64,000 nucleotides of DNA. It comes from an uncultured bacterium. GTDB lineage: Bacteria > Patescibacteriota > Minisyncoccia > UBA6257 > 2-01-FULL-56-20. The stretch lies in assembly GCA_963844965.1 (NCBI GenBank), contig CAWJQC010000007.1, positions 128,001 through 192,000 on the forward strand, written 5' to 3'. The notes under the pieces were generated by a model. It saw only the letters and a program-made list of their open reading frames with translations. It was not told where the DNA came from and made no database searches. The translations under genes were made by a program, and so were the position numbers. This document shows, piece by piece, positions 50,789 through 60,865 of this stretch. Every line of letters starts with the position of its first letter. Positions within the stretch are counted from its first letter, which is position 1.

Positions 50789-51455
50789 ACACCCTACACA
50801 TTTTTTGAAACTAAAATGTGTAGGGCTCTTTCTCTCAGTCTCGGCAACCCCGACGTAAAGTCGGGGTTAAAGTCAGCATTGGGATGGTTGGCATTTCCGC
50901 CGCAAGGCGGAAAATTAAGAGCGAATGGTGGATGCCCTTGACATCAAAAGGCGACGAAGGACGCGGCGTAGCGGCGATACGCCTCGGGGAGGTGCGTAGC
51001 AACCTGTGATCCGGGGATTTCCGAATGGGGAAACCCAATTGAGCAAACCTCAATTTTTTTGCCGCAAGGCAAAAAGCAAACCCGCTGAAGTAAAACATTC
51101 CAGTAAGCGGAGGAATAGAGAACTAATGTTATTCCCTTAGTATCGGCGAGAGAAAAGGGAAGAGCCTAAACCTAAGTTTTCGCAAGAAAAGTTTGGTGTT
51201 ATAAGGTAAAAACACTTTGGATATAACGTTGAGCGTTATCCGCCAACGGCGGAGCGGCGACCAGCGTTATATCTAAAAAGGAGTTACAAATTGATTTGTT
51301 AGCCGAAGCCCACTGGAAAGGGGCGCCAAAGGGGGTGATAGCCCCGTAGGCGAAAACGAATCAACTTCTCGTTTTTATCCTTGAGTACTCTGAGGTAAAT
51401 TAGCTTCGGAGGAATTCGCCTGTACTATCAGGCAAGGCTAAATACTTTTGATGAT

Positions 51456-51492
<37 letters not shown>

Positions 51493-51688
51493 CAGGCCGG
51501 TGAGGCCGTTGAAATAGAACCTGAAACCATTCGTTTACAAGGAATTGAACCACGAACGTTCTGCCGCAAGGCGGGACGAGTGGGACAATGTGCCTATTGA
51601 AGAATGAGCCAACGACTTATTTTGCATTGCTCGTGTAAGCATCTATAAGATGCGTACGCACAGCGAAAGCGAGTCTTAATAGGGCGAA

Positions 51689-51972
51689 AACCATCTCAAA
51701 TTTTTGGACTGAAAAATAAAAACCGGTCAGTTTTTAGCTGCCGGTCTGCGAGATACCAATTCTTGTTCTAATTTTCTGACCTGAGCGTCCAGTTTTTCTT
51801 GAAGGCCACGATGCCTCAAGTATCTCCTGCCGCTTACGTGCGATCGATGTTTTTTCCTGGTCCAGATGGAATGTTGGGCCACGCAAACTCCTTTTGTCGG
51901 GCGACTGTAGATCTGGAAGGATTTTAGGATGAGCCGAATAGAAAGTCAACAGTCCAAAAATTTGAGATGGTT
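51689..51972 (+). other. Intervening sequence A in 23S helix 25 (about 284 nt), closed by a perfect 23-bp inverted repeat (aaccatctcaaatttttggactg / cagtccaaaaatttgagatggtt)
   Basis: The flanking rRNA sequence AATAGGGCG / GACCCGAAGCC matches the helix-25 IVS site. Confidence 0.7.
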
Positions 51973-52486
51973 AGGCAGTGCAACATAGACCCGAAGCCAG
52001 ATGAGCTTGCCTTGGCCAGGGTGAAATCCGCCGAAAGGCGGATGGAGGCCCGAACTGGTGGGTTGTTCAAAACCTTCGGATGAGCTGAGGTAAGGAGTGA
52101 AAAGCTAATCGAATCTGGTAATAGCTGGTTCTCTCCGAAATAGTTTTACGACTAGCGGCGCAGAAAATTTCGCGGGGGTAGAGCACTGGATGATTCGTAA
52201 AGGCCGAAAGGCCGACGAATCAATCAAACTCCGAATACCGCGATTGGAACCTGCGCTAGTCAGACTGCGGGGGCTAAGCTCCGTGGTCGCGAGGGAAAAA
52301 GCCCAGATCGTCAGCTAAGGTCCCTAAATCCATGCTAAGTGTTAAAGGTAGTCTTCTGCCATAAACAGATAGGAGGTTGGCTTAGAGGTAGCCATCCTTT
52401 AAAGAGTGTGTAACAACTCACTATTCGACGGCAGGGGGCGCGAAAATGTACCGGGGCTAAGCATGGTACCGAAGCTACGAATTACC

Positions 52487-52587
52487 TTGTGCTCCGCACA
52501 AGAATTTTCAGGTAATAATTTTCAATTTTCAAATGGTTTGGAAATTGTAAATTGCAAAATTGGAAATTCTCGCGCGCAGCGCGAGGT
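52487..52587 (+). other. Intervening sequence B in 23S helix 45 (about 100 nt): terminal hairpins gtgctccgcac and ctcgcgcgcagcgcgag around an AT-rich palindrome
   Basis: Sits between GAAGCTACGAATTACC and GTAGTGGTAGGAGAGC, the helix-45 IVS site. Confidence 0.65.
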
Positions 52588-52884
52588 AGTGGTAGGAGAG
52601 CATTCGTATTGCACTGAAGCTCGACCCGCGAGGGCGAGTGGAGCGGTACGAAGAGACAATGTTGGTATGAGTAACCACAATCCCAATGAGAAATTGGAAC
52701 CCCGAAAATCCAAGGTTTCCGTGGCACTGGCAATCAACCACGGGTTAGGCGGCCCTAAGCCGATCCCGAAAGGGGCAGGCGATGGACAGACGGTTAATAT
52801 TCCGTCCCTTCCCTATGGTTATCTGCCGCATGACGGAGGAAATAAGCTTGCGTGCCTTATTGGTTTGGCATGGTTTGCCTCAAA

Positions 52885-53033
52885 GCGTGTCTCACTGCGT
52901 TCGACACTATAGTTAAACAATTTTTCAGTTAACGAGTTGCGAGTTAACGAGTTGAAAACAAAAAACCCGTTAACACGTTAACTCTTTAACTCGTTAATAA
53001 TTAATTATTGGGTGGCGAGCGGAGCGAGGCACG
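52885..53033 (+). other. Intervening sequence C (helix 58 region), a member of the CGTGYCTCACTNNCGTTCGRCAC ... GAGCGGNGCGAGGCACG family
   Basis: Closing helix cgtgtctc / gaggcacg; interior gttaacgagtt repeats and their inverse. Confidence 0.65.
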
Positions 53034-53237
53034 TTGGAGGCCGACCGAAGGTTCGGTTTTTACCGGGCCGACGCAGGCGAAGAGCCTTCCAAGAAAAGCG
53101 CGGCGGTCACGCCGTAGAGAATCCGTACCGGAAACCGACACAGGTGGATTGGGCGAGAAGCCCTAGGGGAACGAGTGATTTGCCTCTAAGGAACTCGGCA
53201 AACAAGCGGCCGTAAGTTAGCAATATGGCCTGCCCGA

Positions 53238-53353
53238 CCGTGCCTCACTGCGTTCGGCGCGGAATTTAAAATTTTACAATTTTTAATTTTCAAACTGTTT
53301 GCAAAATTGAAAATTATATATTGAAAATTCCGCACGAGCATAGCGAGGTGCGG
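53238..53353 (+). other. Intervening sequence D (helix 63 region), same family
   Basis: Closing helix ccgtgcctc / gaggtgcgg (G-U compensated); interior aattttcaaa / tttgcaaaattgaaaatt palindrome. Confidence 0.65.
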
Positions 53354-54297
53354 TTGGGCCGCAGCGAAAGTCCCTTTGGCGACTGTTTACCAAAAACACA
53401 GCTCCCTGCGAACTCGCAAGAGGATGTATAGGGGGTGACGCCTGACCGATGCGAGAAGGTCAAGGCCGACGGTGCACGTAGCACATAGCATGTAACACAA
53501 AACAAGAAAAAATAAATAAAACCTGCTCCATGTTACATGTTGCGTGCTGCGTGTGCTGATTGGCTCAAGCCCTCGTCAATGTCAGCGGTAACTATAACCG
53601 TTCTAAGGTAGCGCAATTCCTTTTCGGGTAAGTTCCGAAGCGCACGAAAGGCGTAACGATCAAAGGACTGTCTCAGAGGCAAGCTCGGTGAAAATGCGAT
53701 TCCCGTGAAGACGCGGGATACCTGCAGCGGGACGAAAAGACCCCGGAAGCTTTACTGCAGCTTGGTATTGTTTCTAGGGCTTTGATGCGTAGCGTAGTGG
53801 GGAGCCTTTGAAGCTCCGCTCTCGGGCGGGGTGGAGGCGACAATGAAACACCCATCTTCAAAGTTTTAGCGACTAACCAGTTGGGGACCCTACACTCTCT
53901 AGATAAATTTTGGAAATCCAGAGAGTGTAGGGAAACCCAACCGGGACAGTGCTTGGTAGGCAGTTTAAATGGGGCGTTTTCCTCCAAAAAAGTAACGGAG
54001 GAGTTTATTAAGGTCGGCTTAGCCCGGATGGAAATCGGGCAGGACGTGCAAACGCAAAAGCCGGCTTAACTGCAAGGCCTACAAGCCGCGCAGATGCGAA
54101 AGCAGAAGTTAGTGACCCGACCACACATTATAGAATGGTGGGAGACACCGGACAAAAGCTACTCCGGGGATAACAGGCTGGTGAAGTCCGAGAGTCCCTA
54201 TCGACGACTTCGCTCGGCACCTCGATGTCGGCTCGGCACAGCGCGGGGGTGAAGAAGCTCCCAAGCGTTTGGCTGTTCGCCAATTAAAGTGCCACGT

Positions 54298-54338
<41 letters not shown>

Positions 54339-54456
54339 TGCTGCAGGCGTTTACACTTGAGGGGAGTTGGCCCTAGTACGAGAGGACTGGGCTGAACTGA
54401 CCTCTGGTCTACCGGCTTTGGTACCAACTGAAGCGCCGGGTAGCTATGTCGGGAAG

Positions 54457-54490
<34 letters not shown>

Positions 54491-54510
54491 ACCCCAAGAT
54501 TAGGTGTAGT

Positions 54511-54648
54511 CGTGCCTCACTATCGTTCGGCACGGTATCGATGCAAATATACTAATCGTACTAATGATGCGAATTTGATTCCATTGGTATCATTAGCATT
54601 CACTTGCATATTGGTATCGATACTCGTGATGAGCGGCAGCGAGGCACG
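54511..54648 (+). other. Intervening sequence E (helix 98 region), same family
   Basis: Closing helix cgtgcctc / gaggcacg; interior palindrome gtatcgatgcaaatatactaat ... attggtatcgatac. Confidence 0.65.
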
Positions 54649-54961
54649 ACAAGGTTTCGTTGAAGACTACAACGCATATAGGCTCTAGGTGTAAGATCCG
54701 TAAGGATTTCAGCCAAGGAGTACTAATAACCTGTTTTGCCAACCATCCCAATGCTGACTTGTGTGCTGTTTTGGAGAACCGCGGTTCGATTCGCTCCAGC
54801 GGCGAATCGCCCGCTGCTTCTCGCTCCGACGGCTCGCTTCAGGCGAGACCAAGCCCGTCGGAGCTCCGAAAGCTTCTCCAAAACAGCACACTGCGTCCGT
54901 TCAGAAAGTTTAGGTGTTTTCGCGAAGCGAAAACAGCAATTTAAAGATTAAAACGACTCTT

Positions 54962-55084
54962 TGATGTCGGTGTTTTATTCTCGTGTGTCCCACCTCTTCC
55001 CATTCCGAACAGAGAAGTGAAAGCACGAGCATCCGATGATACTACCGCCTTCGGGCGAAGGGAAAGTAGGATATGCCGACATCA
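54962..55084 (+). rRNA. 5S rRNA
   Basis: Helix I gatgtcgg / ccgacatc and a CCGAACAGAGAAGTGAAAGC loop region; about 120 nt. Confidence 0.85.
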
Positions 55085-55208
55085 AAGAGCCGTTTTTTTG
55101 TTTGAAAAAAAGTTTTCCTGCTCAAATTTTTGGAGATATTGACAAAATTTACTACCAAGAATTATCATTACTGCGGAACCTTTTTATGACCCAGGAGGTA
55201 AATAACCT

Positions 55209-55490
55209 ATGCGAGTTGAAGCGACACGTTTTGCTTGCGGCGATCCCAACGTTAAATCCCACATACTAATCTCTATTCTGGATGTCACGCCGGCGCCGGA
55301 CACACCAAACATTCTGCAAAGGGTCGTGACGACACTCAGGTCCGCGGCAGGATATCACGGAATCAAGTTTTCAATAAACGCACCCTACGAAGCCGGCAAT
55401 TCACTTTGGCTCCGTTTCGATGAGGGAGTGGGTCAATTTGAGGAAGATCCCATCGAGGCACTAAGAAAAGCGGGCCTTCTGGACGCTTAG
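55209..55490 (+). CDS. hypothetical protein
   Basis: 93-aa ORF with SD ccaggaggt and an upstream TTGACA-18-TATCAT. Confidence 0.4.
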   Translation: MRVEATRFACGDPNVKSHILISILDVTPAPDTPNILQRVVTTLRSAAGYHGIKFSINAPYEAGNSLWLRFDEGVGQFEEDPIEALRKAGLLDA

Positions 55491-55658
55491 ATTATTTACA
55501 ATTGTTACCTTGTGGCCACATCTGAATTTGACAATGTGACCACTTTTTTCTCCAAAAATTTGAGCAAGAGGATATTAAGGTTTTGATATTTTTTCTCCAG
55601 ACGACAGAGAAAAAATTTAGCCACGTTGTTTGCGTGGCTGTGTGGCGTGCTCGGAGTT

Positions 55659-56304
55659 TTACGAAATTTTCGCTTCGGTGAGGTGCATATGTTTTTTGAT
55701 GGCCGTCACCAGTAAATCATATTTATCTTGCTTGATGGTAAATCTCACATTGAACGAACTGAAGGAATGGGCGGATCGAAGTGAGCGGATTTGGAAGTCG
55801 GCTATGTTAAATTCGTTAGCGACTCCGATAAGCCTTGGTAGCCCGGTATTATTTACGTCAATGCAGACAACTCTCGTTTCGTCCGTTTTGGACTGAATTA
55901 GGCTGGCCATTGCTGCGACCTCCTTTTGCAAGTGCCGGTTACTATAATACTTCGGGTCAAATTTTTTCGCAAACTTACCTGCCCGTTCAGTGGCACAGGA
56001 TTTTCTCTATAAACTCCGCCATATGGGACCGGGCTCCGACGAATCGCCAAGTATATTTCAGGTGTTTGCCGGTGCGACCCTCCGGTGAGTTTGTATAAAC
56101 GTTGTTTCCATGGCCGAAAATAACTTTCGTTTTGCAAGCAAGGCATTCAAGTTTTCCAATTTCCCCCTCCGCCTCTTTAAAACTGCCCCTGAAAGGAATT
56201 ACGAGAATTGCCAAGCTTTCCCCCTGTTTATCTTTCCACCCACCGGCCCCGCCCCGCTTTTCAATTTTCAAGGTCATTTTGCGCCCGTCTTTTAAGATCA
56301 TCAT
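55659..56304 (-). CDS. hypothetical protein, apparently frameshifted between 55931 and 55987
   Basis: Two adjacent same-strand ORFs (105 aa and 90 aa) with no recognised family. Confidence 0.3.
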
Positions 56305-56354
56305 CTACCTCCTCTAAGCTGCCGTGTTTATTCTACGGCGCTTTTTGTTTTTTA

Positions 56355-56804
56355 TCAAGAGCCTAATTCGTGCACTTTGCCGCGGCCGGCCTTCTTCTCG
56401 CCGGTTATCTTTTTATTTTTTAGTCGTTCTTCACGGGCCGAGTGGGGCACTTTTGTCGCGATGCGCGGGGCGCACTCGGCGAGCGCTTCGTTCACGAAGC
56501 GGTTGAGTTTTTCCGCTACAATGTCTTTGTTCTGCTTCTGCGTTCTTTGTGATTGTTCATAAAGAACTACCTCACCTACGTCATTCACACGGTTCGCGAG
56601 CGGAGCGTATGCCAATATTTTTTCTTTTTGTTCGTCACTCAGAACTTTTGATCCGCGGACATTCCAGCGCAAAACCGCCTTGGTCTCCACCTTGTTTACG
56701 TTTTGCCCGCCTTTGCCGCCGCTCCGCGCATGGGTGATCACGTATTCCGATTCGGGGATAGTAAGCTTGCTGCTCATTTCGTTGTCATTGGTTTCAAGGC
56801 CCAC
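56355..56804 (-). CDS. arfB: alternative ribosome-rescue factor ArfB (peptidyl-tRNA hydrolase with a GGQ motif)
   Basis: SGGKGGQNVNKVETKAVLRW GGQ domain plus a basic C-terminal tail; 149 aa. Confidence 0.8.
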   Translation of the reverse strand: MGLETNDNEMSSKLTIPESEYVITHARSGGKGGQNVNKVETKAVLRWNVRGSKVLSDEQKEKILAYAPLANRVNDVGEVVLYEQSQRTQKQNKDIVAEKLNRFVNEALAECAPRIATKVPHSAREERLKNKKITGEKKAGRGKVHELGS

Positions 56805-56858
56805 AATATCAATTATTTTTTATTTCCGCGATATTATCAAGTTGTGAATTATGCGCGT

Positions 56859-56887
56859 TTGACTTGTGGAGCGCGGTCGTCTATAAT
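56859..56887 (+). promoter_or_regulatory. Promoter TTGACT-17-TATAAT upstream of rpsB
   Basis: Hexamers at 56859-56864 and 56882-56887. Confidence 0.6.
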
Positions 56888-56897
56888 TTTCTCTTAT

Positions 56898-57714
56898 ATG
56901 GCTGATATGGCTGAAGATAAATTGGCTGCCGCTGGCGGCCAGACAATTGCATATCCGGAAGAAGCTTCCCGCGAAATGATTGACGCGGGTGTTTTCTGCG
57001 GCCGCAAGAAGTCAAAGATCAACCCGAAGATGAAAGACTACGTCATCGCTAACCGCGGCGGCATCGGAATCATCAATTTGGCGAAAACCGTTGAAGCTGT
57101 GGACAAGGCCGCCGGACTTCTAAAAGAAAAAGTCAAAGGCGGCGGTCTCCTGCTTATTGTTGGCACGCAACCTCCTGCCGAGGAAGGTATTTTAAAACTG
57201 GCCAACAAATTTAACCTGCCGAGCGTGACTACGAGGTGGGCCGGGGGAACCATTACGAATTTCAAGATCATTTCCAAGCGGATCGAATATTTTAAAAAAC
57301 TTCGCGGTGACCTTGCATCCGGAGCTTTGACGGATAAATACACCAAGAAAGAACGCCTGATGCTTGAAAAGGAATTGGGCCGCCTTACGGAACTTTTCGG
57401 CGGGCTTGAAAGTTTAACAAGAGAACCGGACGTGCTGATAATTATTGATCCGAATCTTCACGAGCACTGCGGTTCGCGAAGCAAGGCGCATGAAGATCCC
57501 CGTGATTGCCCTGGCAAATGTTGATGCCGACCCGGATATGGTGGAATACCTCGTTCCAGGAAACGATAAATCGCGCAAGAGTATAAATTGGTTTTTGGGA
57601 AGGATTGAGTCGGCAGTGGAAGAAGCCGCGGCTATGCGCGCATCCGCCAAACTTGCCGAGGAAAAAGCGAAGGCAGAAACCCCCCCGGCAGATAAGGCAA
57701 AAAATAGTTTATAA
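56898..57714 (+). CDS. rpsB: 30S ribosomal protein S2; +1 frameshift at about 57465
   Basis: NPKMKDYV, GIGIINL and VGTQ motifs. The C-terminal part (AVREARRMKIPVIALANVDADPD) is in the next frame (ORF 57445..57714). Confidence 0.85.
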
Positions 57715-57759
57715 TTATTTTATACGGTGGCTTGCGCGGTCAAATCTGTTTTTTATGGT

Positions 57760-58212
57760 ATGAGAAATAACGCAAAGGACATACAAAAACTACGTGAAAT
57801 TACAGGAGCCGGCGTGATGGACTGCAAGAGGGCGCTCGGTGAAGCCGGCGGCGATTTTGATGCCGCTATAAAATTAATACGTGAACGCGGCCTTGTAAAA
57901 GTTGAAAAACGGGCCGACAGGGACACCGGCGCCGGGCTTGTCCATTCCTACGTCCACAACGAAAGAATCGGCGTGCTTCTGGACTTGCGGGCCGAAACCG
58001 ATTTCGTCGTCCGCTCCGATCCTTTTCGGAAGCTCGCGCACGAACTTGCCATGCAAATAGCCGCGTCCGCGCCAGCCGATGTTGAAGAACTTCTGAATCA
58101 GTTATATATTAAGGATGAAACCCGAAAGGTAGTGGATGTCGTGAATGAGGTTATAGCGAGAGTAGGCGAGAATATCAGAGTCAACAAATTTTATAGGATA
58201 GAAATCAATTAA
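57760..58212 (+). CDS. tsf: elongation factor Ts (short form)
   Basis: IQKLREITGAGVMDCKRAL UBA-like N-terminus and adjacent to rpsB. Confidence 0.85.
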   Translation: MRNNAKDIQKLREITGAGVMDCKRALGEAGGDFDAAIKLIRERGLVKVEKRADRDTGAGLVHSYVHNERIGVLLDLRAETDFVVRSDPFRKLAHELAMQIAASAPADVEELLNQLYIKDETRKVVDVVNEVIARVGENIRVNKFYRIEIN

Positions 58213-58243
58213 TTTGTAACTTGCCCTCGCGGGCGAAGTTGGC

Positions 58244-58555
58244 ATGTTCCAATTCATTTTCACCAATATTCTGATGATCTCCGCGGGCGCGCTTATCTAC
58301 GTGGTGGCGCGCGCATTGCCGCGGCTTGAACCCGAGCCGCAACCGGAGAAGAAAAATATTCTGGAACGCTGGATCGCGTCCGAAGTCCCGGAGAAGGTTG
58401 ACACGGCCCTGAACGGTTTTACGGTGAAGTTTCTGAGGAAGGTCAAGGTTCTGCTTCTCAAAACTGATAACGCCCTGAGCGGCCATCTGCAAAGGATCAA
58501 ACCGGAGGCGAATGGCGCACCAAAACGGCAACGACAAGCCGAAGCCACTTATTGA
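58244..58555 (+). CDS. hypothetical membrane protein
   Basis: 103 aa with one N-terminal TM segment. Confidence 0.4.
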   Translation: MFQFIFTNILMISAGALIYVVARALPRLEPEPQPEKKNILERWIASEVPEKVDTALNGFTVKFLRKVKVLLLKTDNALSGHLQRIKPEANGAPKRQRQAEATY

Positions 58556-58652
58556 TTTCAAAGAAATCGCCGCGGAAAAGAATGCGGAAAAGGAGGTTGC
58601 CAACACGGAAAATTTAGGCGATAATCAAACACAGAAGGAAGCATAGCTTGTG

Positions 58653-58735
58653 GCGCAGGTGGCAGAGCGGTCAATTGCACCAGACTGTAAATCTGGCGCC
58701 TTCGGGCTACGCAGGTTCGAATCCTGCCCTGCGCA
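58653..58735 (+). tRNA. tRNA-Tyr (anticodon GTA), type II
   Basis: Acceptor gcgcagg/cctgcgc, anticodon arm ccaga-cuGUAaa-tctgg, variable arm gcc-ttcg-ggc, T-loop ttcgaat. Confidence 0.85.
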
Positions 58736-58740
58736 CAAAT

Positions 58741-58766
58741 AAAAAAGCCCAAATGGGCTTTTTTAT
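58741..58766 (+). terminator. Intrinsic terminator (aaaaaagccc-aaat-gggctttttt)
   Basis: Perfect hairpin flanked by an A-run and a T-run. Confidence 0.6.
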
Positions 58767-58829
58767 TTGTGCGCCTTGCGACATTCAGTTCTGTCCCGCG
58801 CGTGAAGTGCGCCGTGCTATAATTAAGCT

Positions 58830-59012
58830 ATGAATCCCTCGCACTCTCTTACGGTATACGTGATCGGCGTTATCATCGTCCTTGCTGTTGTTAACGGCAT
58901 CACATGGCTTGTGGGTGGCATGGGAAGGTTCAGAACCATGGAATTGGTTTCTCTTGGCTTTTTATTGGGAATGCTCGCGATGTATATAGCAATGCATGTT
59001 TATAGGTGGTAA
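58830..59012 (+). CDS. small membrane protein
   Basis: 60 aa with two TM segments. Confidence 0.35.
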   Translation: MNPSHSLTVYVIGVIIVLAVVNGITWLVGGMGRFRTMELVSLGFLLGMLAMYIAMHVYRW

Positions 59013-59122
59013 GAATTGGAGCACTGTCCGAAAGATTTTTTGTCAAAATTGTTTGAGGGTCGTCTGCTTCGGAACCCTGATATTTGCGCGATTTTGCATT
59101 TGTATGCATAATTTGATGGCGA

Positions 59123-59325
59123 GGGCCAGTAGTTTAGTGGCAGAACACCTCAGGCGCGCAACCCCGCACCAAAAAGCAAACCGGGCCTGTAGCTCAGTGG
59201 CAGAGCATCCGGTTTGCATCCGGAAGATAGGGGTTCGATTCCCCTCGGGTCCACAACAAAAATTTTGCTTTTTTGGTACGGGGCAAGTGAGGAGATCGCG
59301 GGTCCGATTCCCGCCTGGTCCACCA
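59123..59325 (+). tRNA. Split tRNA-Ala-like gene. The 5' half (59123-59152: acceptor, D-arm, 5' anticodon stem) and the 3' half (59288-59325: 3' anticodon stem, variable loop, T-arm, acceptor, CCA) are separated by 135 nt that contain a complete tRNA-Ala(TGC).
   Basis: The halves pair (gggccag/ctggtcc with G3:U70; cctca/tgagg; D gttt/gaac; T gcggg/cccgc). They are paralogous to the inner tRNA-Ala but carry compensatory changes. Confidence 0.5.
59183..59253 (+). tRNA. tRNA-Ala (anticodon TGC)
   Basis: G3:U70, anticodon arm tccgg-ttTGCat-ccgga, T-arm agggg-ttcgatt-cccct, discriminator A. Confidence 0.85.
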
Positions 59326-59384
59326 CGTTACGGTCAGAAGGATTCCATTTTTTCCGCCGCTGCGGTAAGATATTTCTGAACTAT

Positions 59385-59473
59385 GGTGGGGTGGCCGAGT
59401 GGTTGAAGGCGACGGTCTTGAAAACCGTTATACCCCCAAAAGGGTATCGTGAGTTCGAATCTCACCCCCACCG
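59385..59473 (+). tRNA. tRNA-Ser (anticodon TGA), type II
   Basis: Acceptor ggtgggg/ccccacc, discriminator G, loop cuUGAaa, long variable arm ataccc/gggtat, T-loop ttcgaat. Confidence 0.85.
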
Positions 59474-59540
59474 CAGAGTTGGAAAAGTTCCATCTTTGAC
59501 TCCACCGATTTTGTTGGTGTATAATTTACTTACCATTCAG

Positions 59541-59951
59541 ATGAAACGTGTTGTTACAATTTTAATAGTCGTTAGTTTCGTCGCCATTTCCGTTTTCGGA
59601 TTCATCGGGGTTGAGTTTATGACGAGTCACCACGAGGCCTGCATCGTTTCCACGGTGCATGGCGGAATGTGCCCGGAAGCATCGGCGCCGTTGGATTACA
59701 TAAACTTTCACATGAACGCGCTCAAGAGTTTTTCAACGGCGGTTTTCGGTTATAGTTCGGCGCTCGGCGCGCTGCTTTTGGTTTCAATTTTAGCCCTTGC
59801 GGCCGCTTTTAAACTTGTGGCGCCCGGTTTCGCGGACACGAACCTTGCAATTGCCCGTTTCGGAGCGGAACTTGCAAAACCCAGTTCGCCGCTTACGCGG
59901 CGGCTTTTGCGTTGGCTTTCTCTTTGTGAAAACAGTCCTGCTTTTTCCTAA
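59541..59951 (+). CDS. hypothetical membrane protein
   Basis: Start placed at MKRVVTILIVV. The upstream part of ORF 59214..59951 merely reads through the tRNA genes. Confidence 0.45.
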   Translation: MKRVVTILIVVSFVAISVFGFIGVEFMTSHHEACIVSTVHGGMCPEASAPLDYINFHMNALKSFSTAVFGYSSALGALLLVSILALAAAFKLVAPGFADTNLAIARFGAELAKPSSPLTRRLLRWLSLCENSPAFS

Positions 59952-60085
59952 GAGCGCCCGCTTGGAACCGCTTCATCCCGCTGAGGGCGGGATTGGTCGC
60001 GGCGGATTTTATCGCGCGCTCATTTTCCCGAAAAAGGGATTTTTTGTTGTTAGTTGAGCGGTAAAGTAAATCAAAAGTAAAAATT

Positions 60086-60865
60086 ATGCTGAAAAAAAGA
60101 TTATTTTGGCTGGTGCTTGTCGCCGTGGCGGTTCTCGGCGTGGGTATCTACTTCAATTCCGCCGGCGCGAATATTTTTGCTGGTGCGTCCGCGGGCGGCA
60201 AGTGGTTCCTGCTAATTCTCATCGTCGCGGCCTTAGCCGAGAGCTTAAATCCCTGCGCTTATTCGGTTTTGCTTCTTACCATCGCTTTTCTTTTCAGCTT
60301 GGGCAGGTCCAGAGCTCATATTCTACAGGCGGGAGGCGCGTTCATTTTGGGAATTTTTCTCGTCTACATCGGCATCGGCCTCGGCGCTTTGCAGGCGTTG
60401 CAGTTGTTCAACACGCCTCACTTTATGGCGAAAATCGGCGCGGTGATTCTCTTCGTTTTGGGGTCAATAAACCTCATAAACTCTTTCTTCCCGAAGTTCC
60501 CCATAAAATTGAGCATTCCGCAGTCGGCGCACAATAAAATGGCGCTGCTTATGGAAAAGGGTTTCATTCCCACGGCGTTTGCCCTGGGAGCGCTCGTCGG
60601 TCTCGGCGAATTTCCCTGCACGGGCGGGCCGTATCTCGTGGTGTTGGGGCTCTTGCACGATCAGGCGACGCGACTTGCCGGTTTGGCGTATTTGCTGCTC
60701 TTTAATTTGATTTTCATCTTGCCGCTCGTTATATTCTTATTAATAGCGAGCGAACAATCACTTCTTGCGAAAGTGCAGGAGTGGAAAAAATCAAGCACGG
60801 GAAACATGCGATTCTGGTCGGGAATCGTAATGGTCGTTCTGGGAGTGATAATTTTCTTCCTCTAA
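60086..60865 (+). CDS. ccdA: cytochrome c-type biogenesis / thiol-disulfide transporter CcdA (DsbD transmembrane-domain family)
   Basis: Two conserved Cys motifs (LNPCAYSVL and FPCTGGPY) in a six-TM protein. Confidence 0.75.
   Translation: MLKKRLFWLVLVAVAVLGVGIYFNSAGANIFAGASAGGKWFLLILIVAALAESLNPCAYSVLLLTIAFLFSLGRSRAHILQAGGAFILGIFLVYIGIGLGALQALQLFNTPHFMAKIGAVILFVLGSINLINSFFPKFPIKLSIPQSAHNKMALLMEKGFIPTAFALGALVGLGEFPCTGGPYLVVLGLLHDQATRLAGLAYLLLFNLIFILPLVIFLLIASEQSLLAKVQEWKKSSTGNMRFWSGIVMVVLGVIIFFL

Noticed and set aside
51734-52912. ORFs predicted inside the 23S gene (51734..51949 minus, 52406..52912 plus, 53012..53215, 54660..54944 and others)
   Set aside because: They overlap conserved rRNA sequence, have rRNA-like composition and no protein similarity. 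The minus-strand ORF in intervening sequence A is low-complexity and lacks homing-endonuclease motifs.
59214-59540. N-terminal extension of ORF 59214..59951 across the tRNA-Ala and tRNA-Ser genes
   Set aside because: The extension reads through structured tRNA genes. A clean start (ATG MKRVVTIL, followed by a TM helix) exists at 59541.
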